A DNA stretch of 52,946 nucleotides from Vermamoeba vermiformis (Eukaryota), in NCBI GenBank assembly GCA_045837725.1, contig JBEWZL010000143.1, positions 1-52,946 of the forward strand, given 5' to 3'. Below are positions 34,640 through 47,300 of this stretch, piece after piece. Under the pieces are notes generated by a model that was not told the origin of the DNA, did not search any database, and saw only the letters and a program-made list of their open reading frames with translations. Numbering within the stretch: the stretch's first letter is position 1; each line of letters opens with the position of its first letter. A program made the position numbers and the translations under genes.

Positions 34640-37600
34640 AGATAGAAGGGTCTATTTTAAGGAAAGATGACTTGAACGAGTGTTATTCCGCTCTTCGAAA
34701 TTAAATTGCCTCGACCCGAATCAAGATAAAAATATGCAAATGCTCGTTTAAAGTATAATTAGATCAATATTGTGCCCATTAATAATGGAGATTTTAAGGG
34801 TGGTTCGGAGAAAGATTGATCTATTTTGTCTGCGTCTCGTAAATATCGAATTTGTTCTTTGTTTTATCACTCAAAGAACTGATTACATCACCGCCTAACG
34901 ATATTAATTTAGTTGCAATGGCCGATGATTTGCCGCCCGATCCGCCGAGTAAGTTGTTTGATACAGGAATAGTGTGTTCGATTATTAATGTGATGTTGCA
35001 GACAATCAAAGCGAAGATCGTCGTTGGGCGAATGAACAAGAAAAGGTCGCACATTTACTCAAGTATTTGGACTATGATCTCATTACAGCCGATCTTCACA
35101 CGCATCTCATGGGAATGGGAGATCACTCGTTCTGGATCGATCAAATCATGCGAAGCTACCTATTTACAATGAAAAATCGAAAATTGGAATCGTTGGAGTG
35201 GTACGGTCCTCTTTGCTATCGCCAACTTCCAAACTTGGAGATCGTGTTGAAGAACACTGAAGAAGCAGGGAACTATTCTGCTCGCTACGATAACAATGAC
35301 GTGGAAATGAAGGTAATGAGCTTCGATTTTTGCTATAAGACTCTCTAACGCAGATAACATTAGCTTCGAAATGATGGTTTCCATTTTACTTTGCATCCAA
35401 CTTCAGATCCGTTTATGTTCGATGTCGTCAGAGAACATCAGAACCAAGAAATAACAAAGCACTTCAAGATAAGCAACTGGGGTCTTTTAACTCACGTTGG
35501 CTGTGAGTGGAATGCCGAATCAAGCAACGGAATTGTGAACGTAGATGCCGTATGTAGCGACTCTGCATGAGCAATCAATCTAATTTCGTTTAATCCTTAG
35601 AAATCCAAGGCAAAGCAAGATTGGCTAAAAATTGGCTTGCCACAAGATGCTTGGCGAGTTAACACTATACTAAATTGGCATGACCTCAAACCAGTCCCGT
35701 TTGAAGACCAACTTGTCGTCAATATTCTTCGACTTCACCGAGAAAGAAGCTGGATGAATCTCCCTCTGTCCACATCGCTGTGCAGGCAGTTGATGTCAAT
35801 GGAAGAAGCTTCAAACACGTTGTCCTGGGACTGGAAAGCAGCACTCAACTTCACCACCGACGTAGTATTTGATATTGAATCATTTCAAGATTCGATGCAT
35901 ATTGCAAGAGAATTCGGAGAGGCCAACGTTCTGCACGAAATAATTGCTCGGCTTGCTTTAAATCGCAATGGTGACAGTGATCGCTACCTCAAGAAGTACA
36001 TGTTCTTCAACGTGAAGACACAGCAATTTGACTATCAATGGGGAATCACCAACACTGATCTATGCTATCTTATGGAAGTACGCAGCGGGACAGAACTCGA
36101 AGCGAAGGCAACACTTGCTCAAATTCGCAACTGCTTCACGATGCTCAACGTCGACGGCTCAGCACCATCAAACGCTGATTTGGTTCATCGATTCAGACGT
36201 CACTTCACCCCCGAGTTTTACCCGATGCGTTTCAAGCTTCGTGATCCAATCCTCGAGCAACATCCATACACACTCACACTTCTGCTCAAGAACGTCTTGA
36301 AGAGCTACTCGCTATCAAGAACAAGCTATGTCGAGTTCTCGCTGGGGTTGAGCACTTTGATAACACCTTGGATCTACAAATACTTGGTTCACGAATCAAT
36401 TTGGAACGCAATTCCCAGTCCCGAAGTGAATGCCGAACGACCAATGATGAAATACAGATTCTTGATTGCATTTTCCCGCAACAGCGTGAAGCTTCCTATT
36501 GACGGAGAATTACGCACGGCTACAGATAGTGAAGAAGCATGGAACTTCTTAGTTAAATCTCCGAACATTGCGATGGCACACTCATTCAACCCTGAAGCTT
36601 ATTCGGACTACGAACCATTCTTCAAACAACTGCATGCAATTTTGTCCTATCTGAAGACAACCAAAGCTTACCAAGATAGCGAACGCGGACTTTTGAAGGC
36701 AGTCGTTGGCTTGGATTTTGTTTCTGATGAACTCGGATATCCGTACTGTCCGTTCATTCAAGACAAATGGCTCGATTTGGCATCGAAGTTCAAGCTTGGC
36801 ATTCGTTTGCATTGTGGCGAAGGTGTTGTTCGAGAGAAGAAAGGACCCATTAAAAGAGCAATGTACGCTCACATGTACATCATGGCACTAGCGATCCGTC
36901 GCATTTGCGCTCGTGGAATCAAGTGTAGAATCGGTCACGGAGTTGCATTTCAAGACTGTATAGTTGAAGAGTTGACTGAAAAGAAGAAGAGCTATGAGCG
37001 CGTTCCTTCCTCTCGCTCGTATTGCATTCCTGATGGCACACGATCCCTAACTCCATTCTTGGCTCTCATCTCAGATTTGTTGGTCGAAGTGAACATCACC
37101 AGCAACTCGTACCTTGTTCAACATGCAGACTCGTCTTCGTTGATCAAACTGCTTGACCACTGGCTTCTATGCACTGATGACGATGGTGTGTGGGCACCTC
37201 CACCGTGTGCTCATGATCACAGACTCCAAGCACTCGAGTATTGTCGTGCTATATCAATGGGTTACATCGACCAAGATGACCTGCATAAGGCAGAACGTTG
37301 GCGAGAGTTCTGTTTTGATCACTCAGAACCAGAGCAAAAAGAGACTCTGAAGCTGGAAGATACCTGGACGTGCAAGTTTCATCCTATTCGTGCCTACGCC
37401 ATGATCTCCCTGGCATTGTGTACCCAACCAGAGGTTTGGAGCGATTCAATTCTTTCTCTTGGGTTGACCGAACTTTTGCACTCATTTGGCTTTTACGATG
37501 GATTTGCAAGATTCGCGAAAACGATCACTCCGTTTGCCGAGCGCTTGACGGATACGACATTTTGGCACAGCAAGGATCGTAAAATTCAGTACTTCCTACG

Positions 37601-40600
37601 AGTACTGAATCCAGATGGGTCATTCTATGGATTACTGCGCTCATTGTTCTTGGGCTACGACGAGTGTCTTCAACTTATTTGGTATGAACGAGACATCAAG
37701 GCACTTTGTGATATAGATTGTCCGGTACCGCCTCTGTTGCCCAAGTACACAAACAATGCTGAAGCCAGACGAGCAGAAGCAAAGAAGCTACTCAGGCTAT
37801 CCAAGGCTGCAGCAAAACAAATCGTTCATTGGATAACAGACGTTCGCAACCTGGCCGAAGAAAAGAACGATTCGGACTTGATTCGATGGATGAACTCACG
37901 CTCATCCCTTCTCAACGAACGTGGTCGTTCTGAGATGAAATATGCTACCAAATACAATCAATCCAATCAGTTGGACTTGCACGAGGGTCCGTACGACGAA
38001 TCTCTCTTCAGCAAGTGGCTACAGAAGAGTGCAAACGATGGCGTCTGGAAAACAGTTGTCGAGAAGTCCGAAAAGATCAAGGACTTAGAAGGACTAATTC
38101 TCTGCGAATCGAAATTTTTGCAACCAAGTATCGCAGACCAGCAAGATGCGCACAACTTCTTCCACATCATTTGCAACATGCAAGACCAGGACTGGTATAT
38201 TCGCCCTCTTCAGCCCAGCTATCTCGGAGAGCACGTGCACATTGACACCCCTGATTTAGAGGAATTTCACACAACTATTACCAAGGATGACAGAGTTCCT
38301 CTTGTCTGGTACCGTGCTGCGTTGTCAGTTGCAAAGCGATTATTTCCACTTACTCAGTCCGTACGATCGAGTGATGCAATCAATAAGAAGGCCAAAGATG
38401 AATATGAGAACAATCCGCAAATCATTCGCATTGCTGGCGTTGGCTACGCAGGATCAGCCATCGCAGTTCTTGCTGGACTGATGATTGCAACGGAATTTCA
38501 TCACCAAGAGGCAGTGAAGAAAACGTCAGTCTCAAACGAAGTAGTTGTTTGGACGTATGGCGGCAAGCAGTTTGGCTCCAAATCGTTCCACAACAAAGTC
38601 CACGACTTGTGCGCTTACAACTTGGAAATCACTCAGTGGCGAAGCTTGCAAGATCTTGAATCTCGAACTGGCGAGATCGACTCGTTGTTCTCACCTCCGT
38701 ACTGCTACCTGAAAGACATCTTGGTTTACCCAATTGGACCACCAATGATAATACCATGGGGCCTACGACCTTCTTGGCATTACTTCACATTGATGCTTCA
38801 TCACCTTCCTCCATGTATGGAATTCCGCAGCAAGATAACGAAACCAAACGAAATGAACATCTTTTTCGCTGATGACAAGAAAGACTTGAAGTCTCTCGCT
38901 CAGTCTCTCTACTTCCCTGAATGCACATTAATATGCACACATGAGGACCAACGTGATGAAAATACCGACTACGGCCCTCTAACGGAAAAGAATCCGAATG
39001 TGCAGGCTATCCCTATGAACAAAGTCAGAATATCACCATACGTATGGAAGTGGCATCCTCAACAGCGCAAGAGCTGGACCGACATATTCAATTGGACTCC
39101 CGTGCAAACAACAATGCGACTTCTTGCAGATTTATTGCTTGCAATACTTAGCCTTCCCGACGATATCATCATATCGCTCTCTCCAAATCAATGTGATATC
39201 GTAACATTCGTTACAATGTCCCCAACAGACGTACAGGAGTTAAATGATGCAATAGCACGTTATGCCAGAAAGTCTGGACAGAAAAAACTCCCGCACTTCA
39301 TGAACCTCATGAACCGACAAGACACTTTCAACGAAGAGTACTGCTTGCTTCTCTTGGACCTCACGTACTTGCGTAGAAGCTCTGATAATAACTCACGCAC
39401 CTCCAAGATCAGGCGACAGCTGGAAAAAGCGTTTTCAACAACAATCAAACCCTTCCGTCATCCAGAGAGCGATTTAATCACGAACATGGAAATATTGCTC
39501 ATTACTCTGCAAAACAGCAACGCTTGCAATCCCTTTTTGCGTTTCATTCTCAGTCAGCTTGATAATATGATAGACGAACCAAACGTGCACTTGGACATTG
39601 GCAAATTCAAATCGGATGTTACCCAACTACTCCGCCGTGGCTCGCCAAATGATTACGAAGCCTGGAAATTGAAAACGGAGATTGACGACGCGATGGACTA
39701 TTACAGCAAGTACAAAAAGAAGTTCGACAAAGCCGAAGTCGGTTCATACAAGTCGTTTGATTTGGCCCTTTCACTCTACTTTTTGAGCGGCGAAGACAAA
39801 ACCCAAGTCTACGAGGTGATGTTACGACAACTTTGGAATGTTTCAAATTGGTTGATTGTACGAATTGAACACCAAGATATTGCCGAAGTTAAAGGTCTGT
39901 GGAAGTACAAGCTTGAACAAGTACAAGCAACACTCGATTTTTTGCAAAACGAAAAAGAAAATATGTCAGAAGAATGCAATTACACCTACAACGTGGAACT
40001 CCAAAAGTTCAGAATCCTCACTAATGAGATGAATGCAAGTGGTACATTAAAATGGTATCGGTTCACTCGTTTCACATTTCTAATTCATTTCAGACGGGTG
40101 GAAATCGCTTCACAAGACTCTCAATTCATGGCGTACAATGACAACGAGAAAGAATCACGTTCTTTTGGGCAACGCACTTTTCCGATACCTTCAGGCCGTT
40201 GCAGAGCCAAATAACGATTTGCTATCAAGTTGCAAAGATTTGGTCAATCGCTTAAGCCACATCAAGAATGATCCCGTTGCCCCGTGGGTTAAAGGATTGT
40301 TACTTTACGAACTTGGACTGTTTGAAAAGGATCGCAGCTATTTCGTCAAGGCTGTCGATGTGTTCTCAACGATATGGAAGACGGGCGTTCAGCCAAAGGA
40401 CAGATTCTTGATTGCCTTGAACGCTGCATGTTGCTCAGCGAGAGTCGGAGACAAAGGCCACATAGCGCAAGCAGTATCTTGGATTGGTAACTTCTTCGAA
40501 GTGCTTGAAATCGCTGACGACATCGATCGCAAGGTGGCGTTTGTTTGGCTCGAAGACGAATTGGAAAGCAAAACGGGCGACTTGAATAACCCTCAACTTA

Positions 40601-40860
40601 AGCAAATCATTGAACCATGGTTCGACGAAACAAAGTCACACTTTGGAGGCAAGCCTGCAACTCCTCAAGTTTCAAACGTTGCCAAGCCTTCGACCCCTCA
40701 ATCTTCGCAAGGTGAAAATCTTTCAGTCCAAGAGCAGCAAGAAGCTTGAATCAAGTTTGCGCTAGGGATTGCGCTCAAAAACGTTTTTGACGGTGCAATG
40801 CCGTTTTTTAATTTTACAGAATTGAATTAGTTGAAACGTAAATAAATTTTTGGTTTTATT
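34640..40860 (+). repeat. Segmental duplication unit (copy A); copy B at approx. 44091-50530
   Basis: Upstream region, exons, introns and 3' flank (tacagaattgaattagtt...gtaaataaattttttggttttatt) align between the copies. Confidence 0.9.
34918..40749 (+). CDS. Large adenosine-deaminase-like / pseudo-lipase / helical-TPR-like fusion protein, copy 1 (5 exons)
   Basis: Exons approx. 34918-34948, 35002-35312, 35364-35549, 35601-40041 and 40094-40749 splice in frame. DLHTH, GLDFVSDE, LHCGE, RIGHG, EVNITSN, CTDDDG. Confidence 0.85.
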
Positions 40861-41099
40861 CCATTCGATCGCGTCTCATCCGGATTTATGAACCCATCGC
40901 TAAATTAAAGCAATAAATATCAATAATATAATATTCACATACTTAACATGCAATTTATCTCCAAACAAATGTTGTACGCAAGATCTGAATTTTTCTGGTG
41001 GAACGTAATAATTCACTTTATTTTCGCTTGCCACTCGAAAATATCGCTTCAAATATCCTGTAACGATTAAGAGCGCTATCCGTAGCGCTCGTCTCGTGT

Positions 41100-41617
41100 G
41101 GGACCCGTTTAAGTAAATCGGGCCGGACTGGAAAACGGACGTACAAAAACCGACCCGACATTAGGCCGGCTTAAGTTGAGATATCCTTTACACCACGATA
41201 CCGTACTTACCCACCTATTTTTTATGATACCTTGGGCCTACTTTACCGTAACAATTTCGATGCGGCCACGAATGGTGACAGTACCCCTCCCATAGCAGAT
41301 TGCATCGATTTCCAGATCTCCATCATAGAAGCCAAAGATCAAATAAATTCTGCCATAAAACACCATAATCTATGTAGGGCATCCTATCTTACAAGGCATA
41401 AGTGCTATCATGATGAGATTGAATGGTGGGATCTACGAGATTCGTTCCAAAGCATTTTCTTTTAAAATCACCTTCCAGTCATGTAGCCCTTAGGTGTCGC
41501 CAGCATATCCCAACTGGAGATAGGTGATTTGGTGCTAGTCCGGCAAACCGGCAAAAGGTCGGCTTTGAAATCGGACGTCGGTTTTTCAGTCCGGCCCGAT
41601 TTACATAAACGGGTCCC
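41100..41617. mobile_element. Non-autonomous TIR element (MITE), Merlin/IS1595-like
   Basis: ~43-bp TIR GGGACCCGTTTAWGTAAATCGGGCCGGACTGRAAAACSGACGT. 8-bp TSD TCTCGTGT at 41092-41099 and 41618-41625. No transposase. Confidence 0.9.
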
Positions 41618-42706
41618 TCTCGTGTTCAACTTAAATAATTCGTAAACAATAATTTTTATTGTCGTTAATTTTAATAAACTCTCATACACACGTAAGCAAT
41701 CTTACATATCAAAATATGCTGCGACTTCCTACTCTTGAAATCGTTGTCATGTGGATTCGGTCGAGCAAATCCGCTTTGTTCTCGCCACCACGATCAAGAC
41801 GGCGATGAATACAATACTTTTTCCTCTCTCCGTTGAGTTCTATGGGTGCTCTCGCTTATCCGGCATAGCGCTTGTTGGGGATAACAGGCGTGTTGGCGGG
41901 AACGAATTTAATTGATCTAAGTTGCGTGCATGATTCAAGGAGTTAAAACACAAACAACATGTTAAGACCGCGCAATAACGTCAACAACACGTGATGGCAT
42001 TCAACCAATGCGCGCGTTCGTTCTTCAAGAGCTAATCGTTTATCAGATTGCAAGCATCTCGTCTGCTTGTCCAGCAAATACAAGCCGTAAATTAAAACCA
42101 ACGGTAAGTGGACAATTTTCTATATTTTTTGAGGCCAGCCTGGCAATTTTTAGAACAAATAGCAATTTTTTAGATCACGATAAAAATTAGTTTCTGCTAA
42201 CAAATGCATTTGCTGTCTCGTTTATGCTCATTTAGATGTGATATTATATTACGAGTTAAAAGGCGATACTAACAAATCTTGAACAGAGAAAAACAAGATA
42301 ACAAACCAGATCACTTACACGCTTAGATAACAAAGCAATACACTTTGAACTCGTACGTCGTCTTTTTATCCACGGACCACACTACGTCGCAGAGCTATTG
42401 CACGGAATAACTCTGGCGAAGTCTATTTTGAAAGCTTAATTTGATTTTATCTTGACAAGGGTTCGAAGGTATGTCTTTTGAACGGCGGAATAACATTCGT
42501 TCAAGTCATCTTTCCTTAAAATAGACCCTTCTATCTAAATATCGAAGCGTTTCTGTCAATTTTATTATTGTTCATCCTATTTTAGTCGGCTGCCCTACCT
42601 TGGGCCAGGCCCCATTTATGCTGAAAATTCGGGTGGCACAAAAGGATATAAGGCTTTAACCCCATTCTAACTGTATTTATCTTCAGCTACTCGCATCATC
42701 ACCACC

Positions 42707-43558
42707 ATGGCTCGAAGAAGTTTGATGGTGAACGACAACTTAGTCGACATTAGCCATAGTTTCGACGTACCTCTGCCTGACAAAGTCTTCAAAATCAATG
42801 CACGCGACAAATCTTTGAATTTGCCCGCATGCATCACGGACTTACCGAACTACGAATTAAGAGAACACCTTTACTCATTTAAGACCGCCTCAGCTCTTGG
42901 ACTCTCCTATGGCCCTTTATCGAGCAATTGGAACTTGACATCCGACGACAAAGTTTACATCAGCGAGGTCGTCAAGTACAAAGATATCTTCGACGGGAAC
43001 CTGACAATTCGCTATGGCGTTGGCATGCGCGTCTTCTATCAACTGAAAATTCTGAACACTGAGGCAAAAGTGTCAAGTCTCCCTCTCATTCTGGCTTCAG
43101 CGCAGTTTGACTACATCAAAGCGAACGTCGAAGTAAAGGTCATTGGAGTGCCGACATTCACCGCACCGATGAGCACCACGTTGTCGATGGAATCTTACCA
43201 GACGATCCAGAAGGCGGTGGAAGCGTTTCAATCGATGATCCAAACCGAGAACACTGGCATTTCTCCGCAAATATTATCGATCGCTTACGATGACCACAAA
43301 CTTACTAACGTCATCGATAAGTACGATAAAGTGTCCGCTCAGTGCTTTGCGCTCAAGATGATTAAGAAAGGATACACTCGTTCACAAGCATTGGCCAAAT
43401 GTCCAAAAGCTCCTGCGGGGTTTAGAGACGAGGTGGATCAAGTATTCAGCGACTTTAGTTCCTTGGACTCAAACGTGGCTGCGTGGTACGGCACTAGACT
43501 TTTAAAGAACTTGTCTGTAACATACCACGACAAATGGGATCAGTCCAACCCGTATTAA
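42707..43558 (+). CDS. Intronless 283-aa protein of unknown function (beta-rich N-terminal part, helical C-terminal part)
   Basis: Clean ORF, accaccATGG start context, TATA-like gatataag near 42645, aataaa near 43625, coding-like C-ending codons. Confidence 0.85.
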   Translation: MARRSLMVNDNLVDISHSFDVPLPDKVFKINARDKSLNLPACITDLPNYELREHLYSFKTASALGLSYGPLSSNWNLTSDDKVYISEVVKYKDIFDGNLTIRYGVGMRVFYQLKILNTEAKVSSLPLILASAQFDYIKANVEVKVIGVPTFTAPMSTTLSMESYQTIQKAVEAFQSMIQTENTGISPQILSIAYDDHKLTNVIDKYDKVSAQCFALKMIKKGYTRSQALAKCPKAPAGFRDEVDQVFSDFSSLDSNVAAWYGTRLLKNLSVTYHDKWDQSNPY

Positions 43559-44391
43559 CTTTTAAATAGTACTAATTATCGGTGTTATCGTTCTCAGTAT
43601 TCATAACAGTTTTTTGCGTTACAAATAAAAGATCTCGGATTCGAATTTTGTTGCATCGCTCATGTTCTTAGTTTTAGCGGTTATCTTGTTATCGAGCCGC
43701 AAATAACATCTTTACTTAATACTTTGTTCGTTTCCTTTTGTTCCAAACAGACAATCGCGGTAGGGCGAAATTCGATTTTAACTTAAAATAGCGAACTGGA
43801 ACAACACTCGCCTCTTCAATATGATCTTCAAATTATTATTGGACCTTACCTGTGCGTTAAGTACAGAAATTAACACTCTAATTGGCACGCAGCATGTTTG
43901 GAGCAAGATGGGCTAAAACCGAGTTGACGGTAAGCCATGTCCCCTTATTTTATTACAATAATTTGCACGTCGTAATTAAACGCTAATTTGGGCATTAAAT
44001 TGAAATGTAAGACCAATCCGATCGAATCCAATTTTAAATAAATTCCGAGCTTGATAATTAAAAAAAATACTAGTTTTGGGAAGCGCTTTCAGATAAAGGG
44101 CTCTATTTTAAGGAAAGATGACTTGAACGAATGTTATTCCGCTCTTGAAAATTAAAAATCGTTCAAAAAGGCATCACGCCGCCCTCGACCCCGAATCAAG
44201 ATAAAAATTTGCAAATGGTCGTTTAAAGTATAATTCGATCAATATTATACTCAAATAATGGAGATTTTGGAGGTGGTTCGGAGAAAGCTTGATCTGTTTT
44301 GTCTTGCGCAGCTTAAATATCAAGTTTGTTCATTGTTTTATCGCTCAAAGAACTTATTACATCACCTTCTAACGATCGTAATTTAGTTGCA

Positions 44392-47300
44392 ATGGACAAT
44401 GATTTGCCGCCCGATCGGGCGCGAGGTTAGTTTCGTGAACACATTCTCCCTGCGCTTTTCTAACCATGATGACCTGAGCAGATAATCAGCAAAAAAAAGA
44501 CGATCATGTTACTCGAGATCACGGTACCAATAATGATTTGACCCAACTGAGTAAGTTGTTTAGTACCAGGATCTTGTGGTCGATTATTAACGTGATGTTG
44601 CAGACGACGATTGGGAGAATGAACAAGACAAGATCGCACGTTTACTCAAGTATTTGAACCAAAAGCTCATAATGGCCGATCTTCACACGCATCTCATGGG
44701 AATGGGAGATCACTCGTTCTGGATCGATCAAATCATGCGAAACTACCTATTTACAAAGAGATATCGACCGTTGGAATCATTGGAGTGGTACGGTCCTCTT
44801 TGCTATCGGAAACTTCCAAACTTGGAGATCGTGTTGAAGAACACTGAAGACGAAGGAAGCTATTCTGCTCACTACGAGAACCAAAAAGACGTGGAAATGA
44901 AGGTATGAGCAAGAGATTAATTGCGATAACAATATCAATCTAACGTCAATAACATTAGCTTCACAATGACGGTTACCATTTTACGTTGCATCCAACTTCA
45001 GATCCGTTTACATTCCATGTTGTCAGAACAGTCAGGCACAAAAAAATAACAAAACATTTCAAGCTAAGCAATTGGGGTCTTTTAACTCATGTTGCATGCA
45101 AGTGGAATGCAAAAGCACGCAACGGAATTGTGCACGTCGATGCGGTATGTTACGTTACTACTTCGCATTAACGATCAATCTAATTTGTTTTGATCTTTAG
45201 AAATCAAAGGCAAAGCAAGATTGGTTCAAAATTGGTTTACCAAAAGATGCTTGGCGAGTTAACACGATACTCAATTGGCATGACCTTAAAACTGTCCCGT
45301 TTAACGATCGACTTGTCTTTAATATCCTCCGACTTCACCCAGAAACAAGCTGGATGAATCTTCCTCTGTCCACATCGCTGTGCAAGCAGTTGATGTCAAT
45401 GGGAGAAGCTTTGAACATTTCGACATGGAAAGCAGCACTCAACTTCACCACTGATGTGGTATTTGATATTGAATCATTTCAAGAATCGATGCACATTGCA
45501 AGAGAAGTCGGAGAGGCCAACGTTCTCCACGAAATAATTGCTCGGCTAGGTTTAAATCGCAAACGCAAAGGTGAGATCACTGACAGTGATCGCTACCTCA
45601 AGAAGTACATGTTCTTCAACGTGAAGAAACAACAATTTGACTATCAATGGGGAATCACCAACACTGATCTGTGCTACCTCATGGAAGTACGCAGCGGGAC
45701 AGAACTCGAAGCGAAGGCAACACTTGCTCAGATTCGCAACTGCTTCACGATGCTCAACGTCGACGGCTCAACACCATCAAACGCTGATTTGGTTCATCGA
45801 TTCAGACGTCACTTCACCCCCGAGTTCTACCCGATGCGTTTCAAACTTCGCGATCCAATCTACGAACAACATCCATACACACTCACACTTCTGCTCAAGC
45901 ACGTGTTGCAAATCTACTCGCGATCAAGAACAACCTATGTCGAGTTCTCACTGGGGTTGAGCACCTTGATAACGCCTTGGCTCTACAAATACTTGGTTCA
46001 CAAATCAATTTGGAACGCAATTCCCAGTCCTGAAGTGAATCCCGAACGACCAATGATGAAATACAGATTCTTAATTGCATTTTCCCGCAACAGCGTGAAG
46101 CTTCCTATTGACGGAGAATTACGCACGGCTACAGACAGTGAAGAAGCATGGAACTTCTTAGTTAAATCTCCGAACATTGCGATGGCACACTCATTCAACC
46201 CCGAAGCTTATTCGGACTATGACCCATTCTTCAAACAACTGAATGCGATATTGTCCTGTCTGAAGACGACCAACACTTACCAAGATAGCGAACGCGGACT
46301 TCTGAATGCAGTTGTTGGCTTGGACTATGTTTCTGATGAACTCGGATATCCGTACTGTCCATTCATTCAAGACAAATGGCTTAATTTGGCACACGAATTC
46401 AAGTTTGGCATTCGCTTGCATTGTGGCGAAGGTGTCGTTCGAGAGACAAAAGGGCCCATTAAACGAGCAATGTACGCACACATGTACATCATGGCACTGG
46501 CAATCCGTCGCATTTGCGCTCGTGGAATCAAGTGCAGAATCGGTCACGGAGTTGCATTTCAAGACTGTATAGTTGAAGAGTTGACTGAAAAGAAGAAGAG
46601 CTACGAGCGAGTTCCTTCATCTCGCTCGTATTGCATTCCTGATGGCACACGATCCCTTACTCCATTCTTGGCTCTCATCTCAGATCTGTTGGTCGAAGTG
46701 AACATCACCAGCAACTCGTACCTTGTTCAACGTGCAGACTCGTCTTCTTTGATCAAACTGCTCGATAACTGGCTTCTATGCACCGATGACGATGGTGTGT
46801 GGGCACCTTCACCATGTGCTCATGATCACAGACTTCAAGCACTCGAATACTGTCGTGCAATATCAATGAGCTACATCGACCTTGATGACTTGAAGAAGGC
46901 AGAACATTGGCGAAAGTTCTGTTTTGATCACTCAGAACCAGAGCAAAAAGAGATTCTGAAGCTGGAAGATACCTGGACGTGCAAGTTTCATCCTATTCGT
47001 GCCTATGCCATGATCTCCATGGCATTGTGCACCCATCCCGAGGTTTGGAGTGATTCAATTCTTTCTCTTGGGTTGACCGAACTTTTGCACTCATTTGGCT
47101 TTTACGATGGATTTGCAAGCTTCGCGAAAGCGATCACTCCGTTTGCAGAACACTTGATGGATGCGACATTTTGGCACAGTGAGGATCGTAAAATTCAATA
47201 CTTCCTACAAGTACTGAATCCAGAAGCCAAGATGAAGGAGAAAACCGCAGCCCGGCGCAGTGGTGGGTCACAACAGATCCTAGCTGCATCGTGTGCAACG

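Noticed and set aside
40094-40749. Separate 203-aa gene (and 243-aa gene at 49751) overlapping the giant ORFs
   Set aside because: GT-AG introns (40042-40093 and the equivalent in copy 2) join them in frame as last exons.
41690-41900. Coding-like minus-strand stretch
   Set aside because: Interrupted by stops, with no start or motif; unidentifiable fragment.
42445-44205. TIR transposon carrying the 283-aa gene
   Set aside because: The right repeat continues seamlessly into sequence shared with the other deaminase copy, and I found no TSD; reported only as a shared element.
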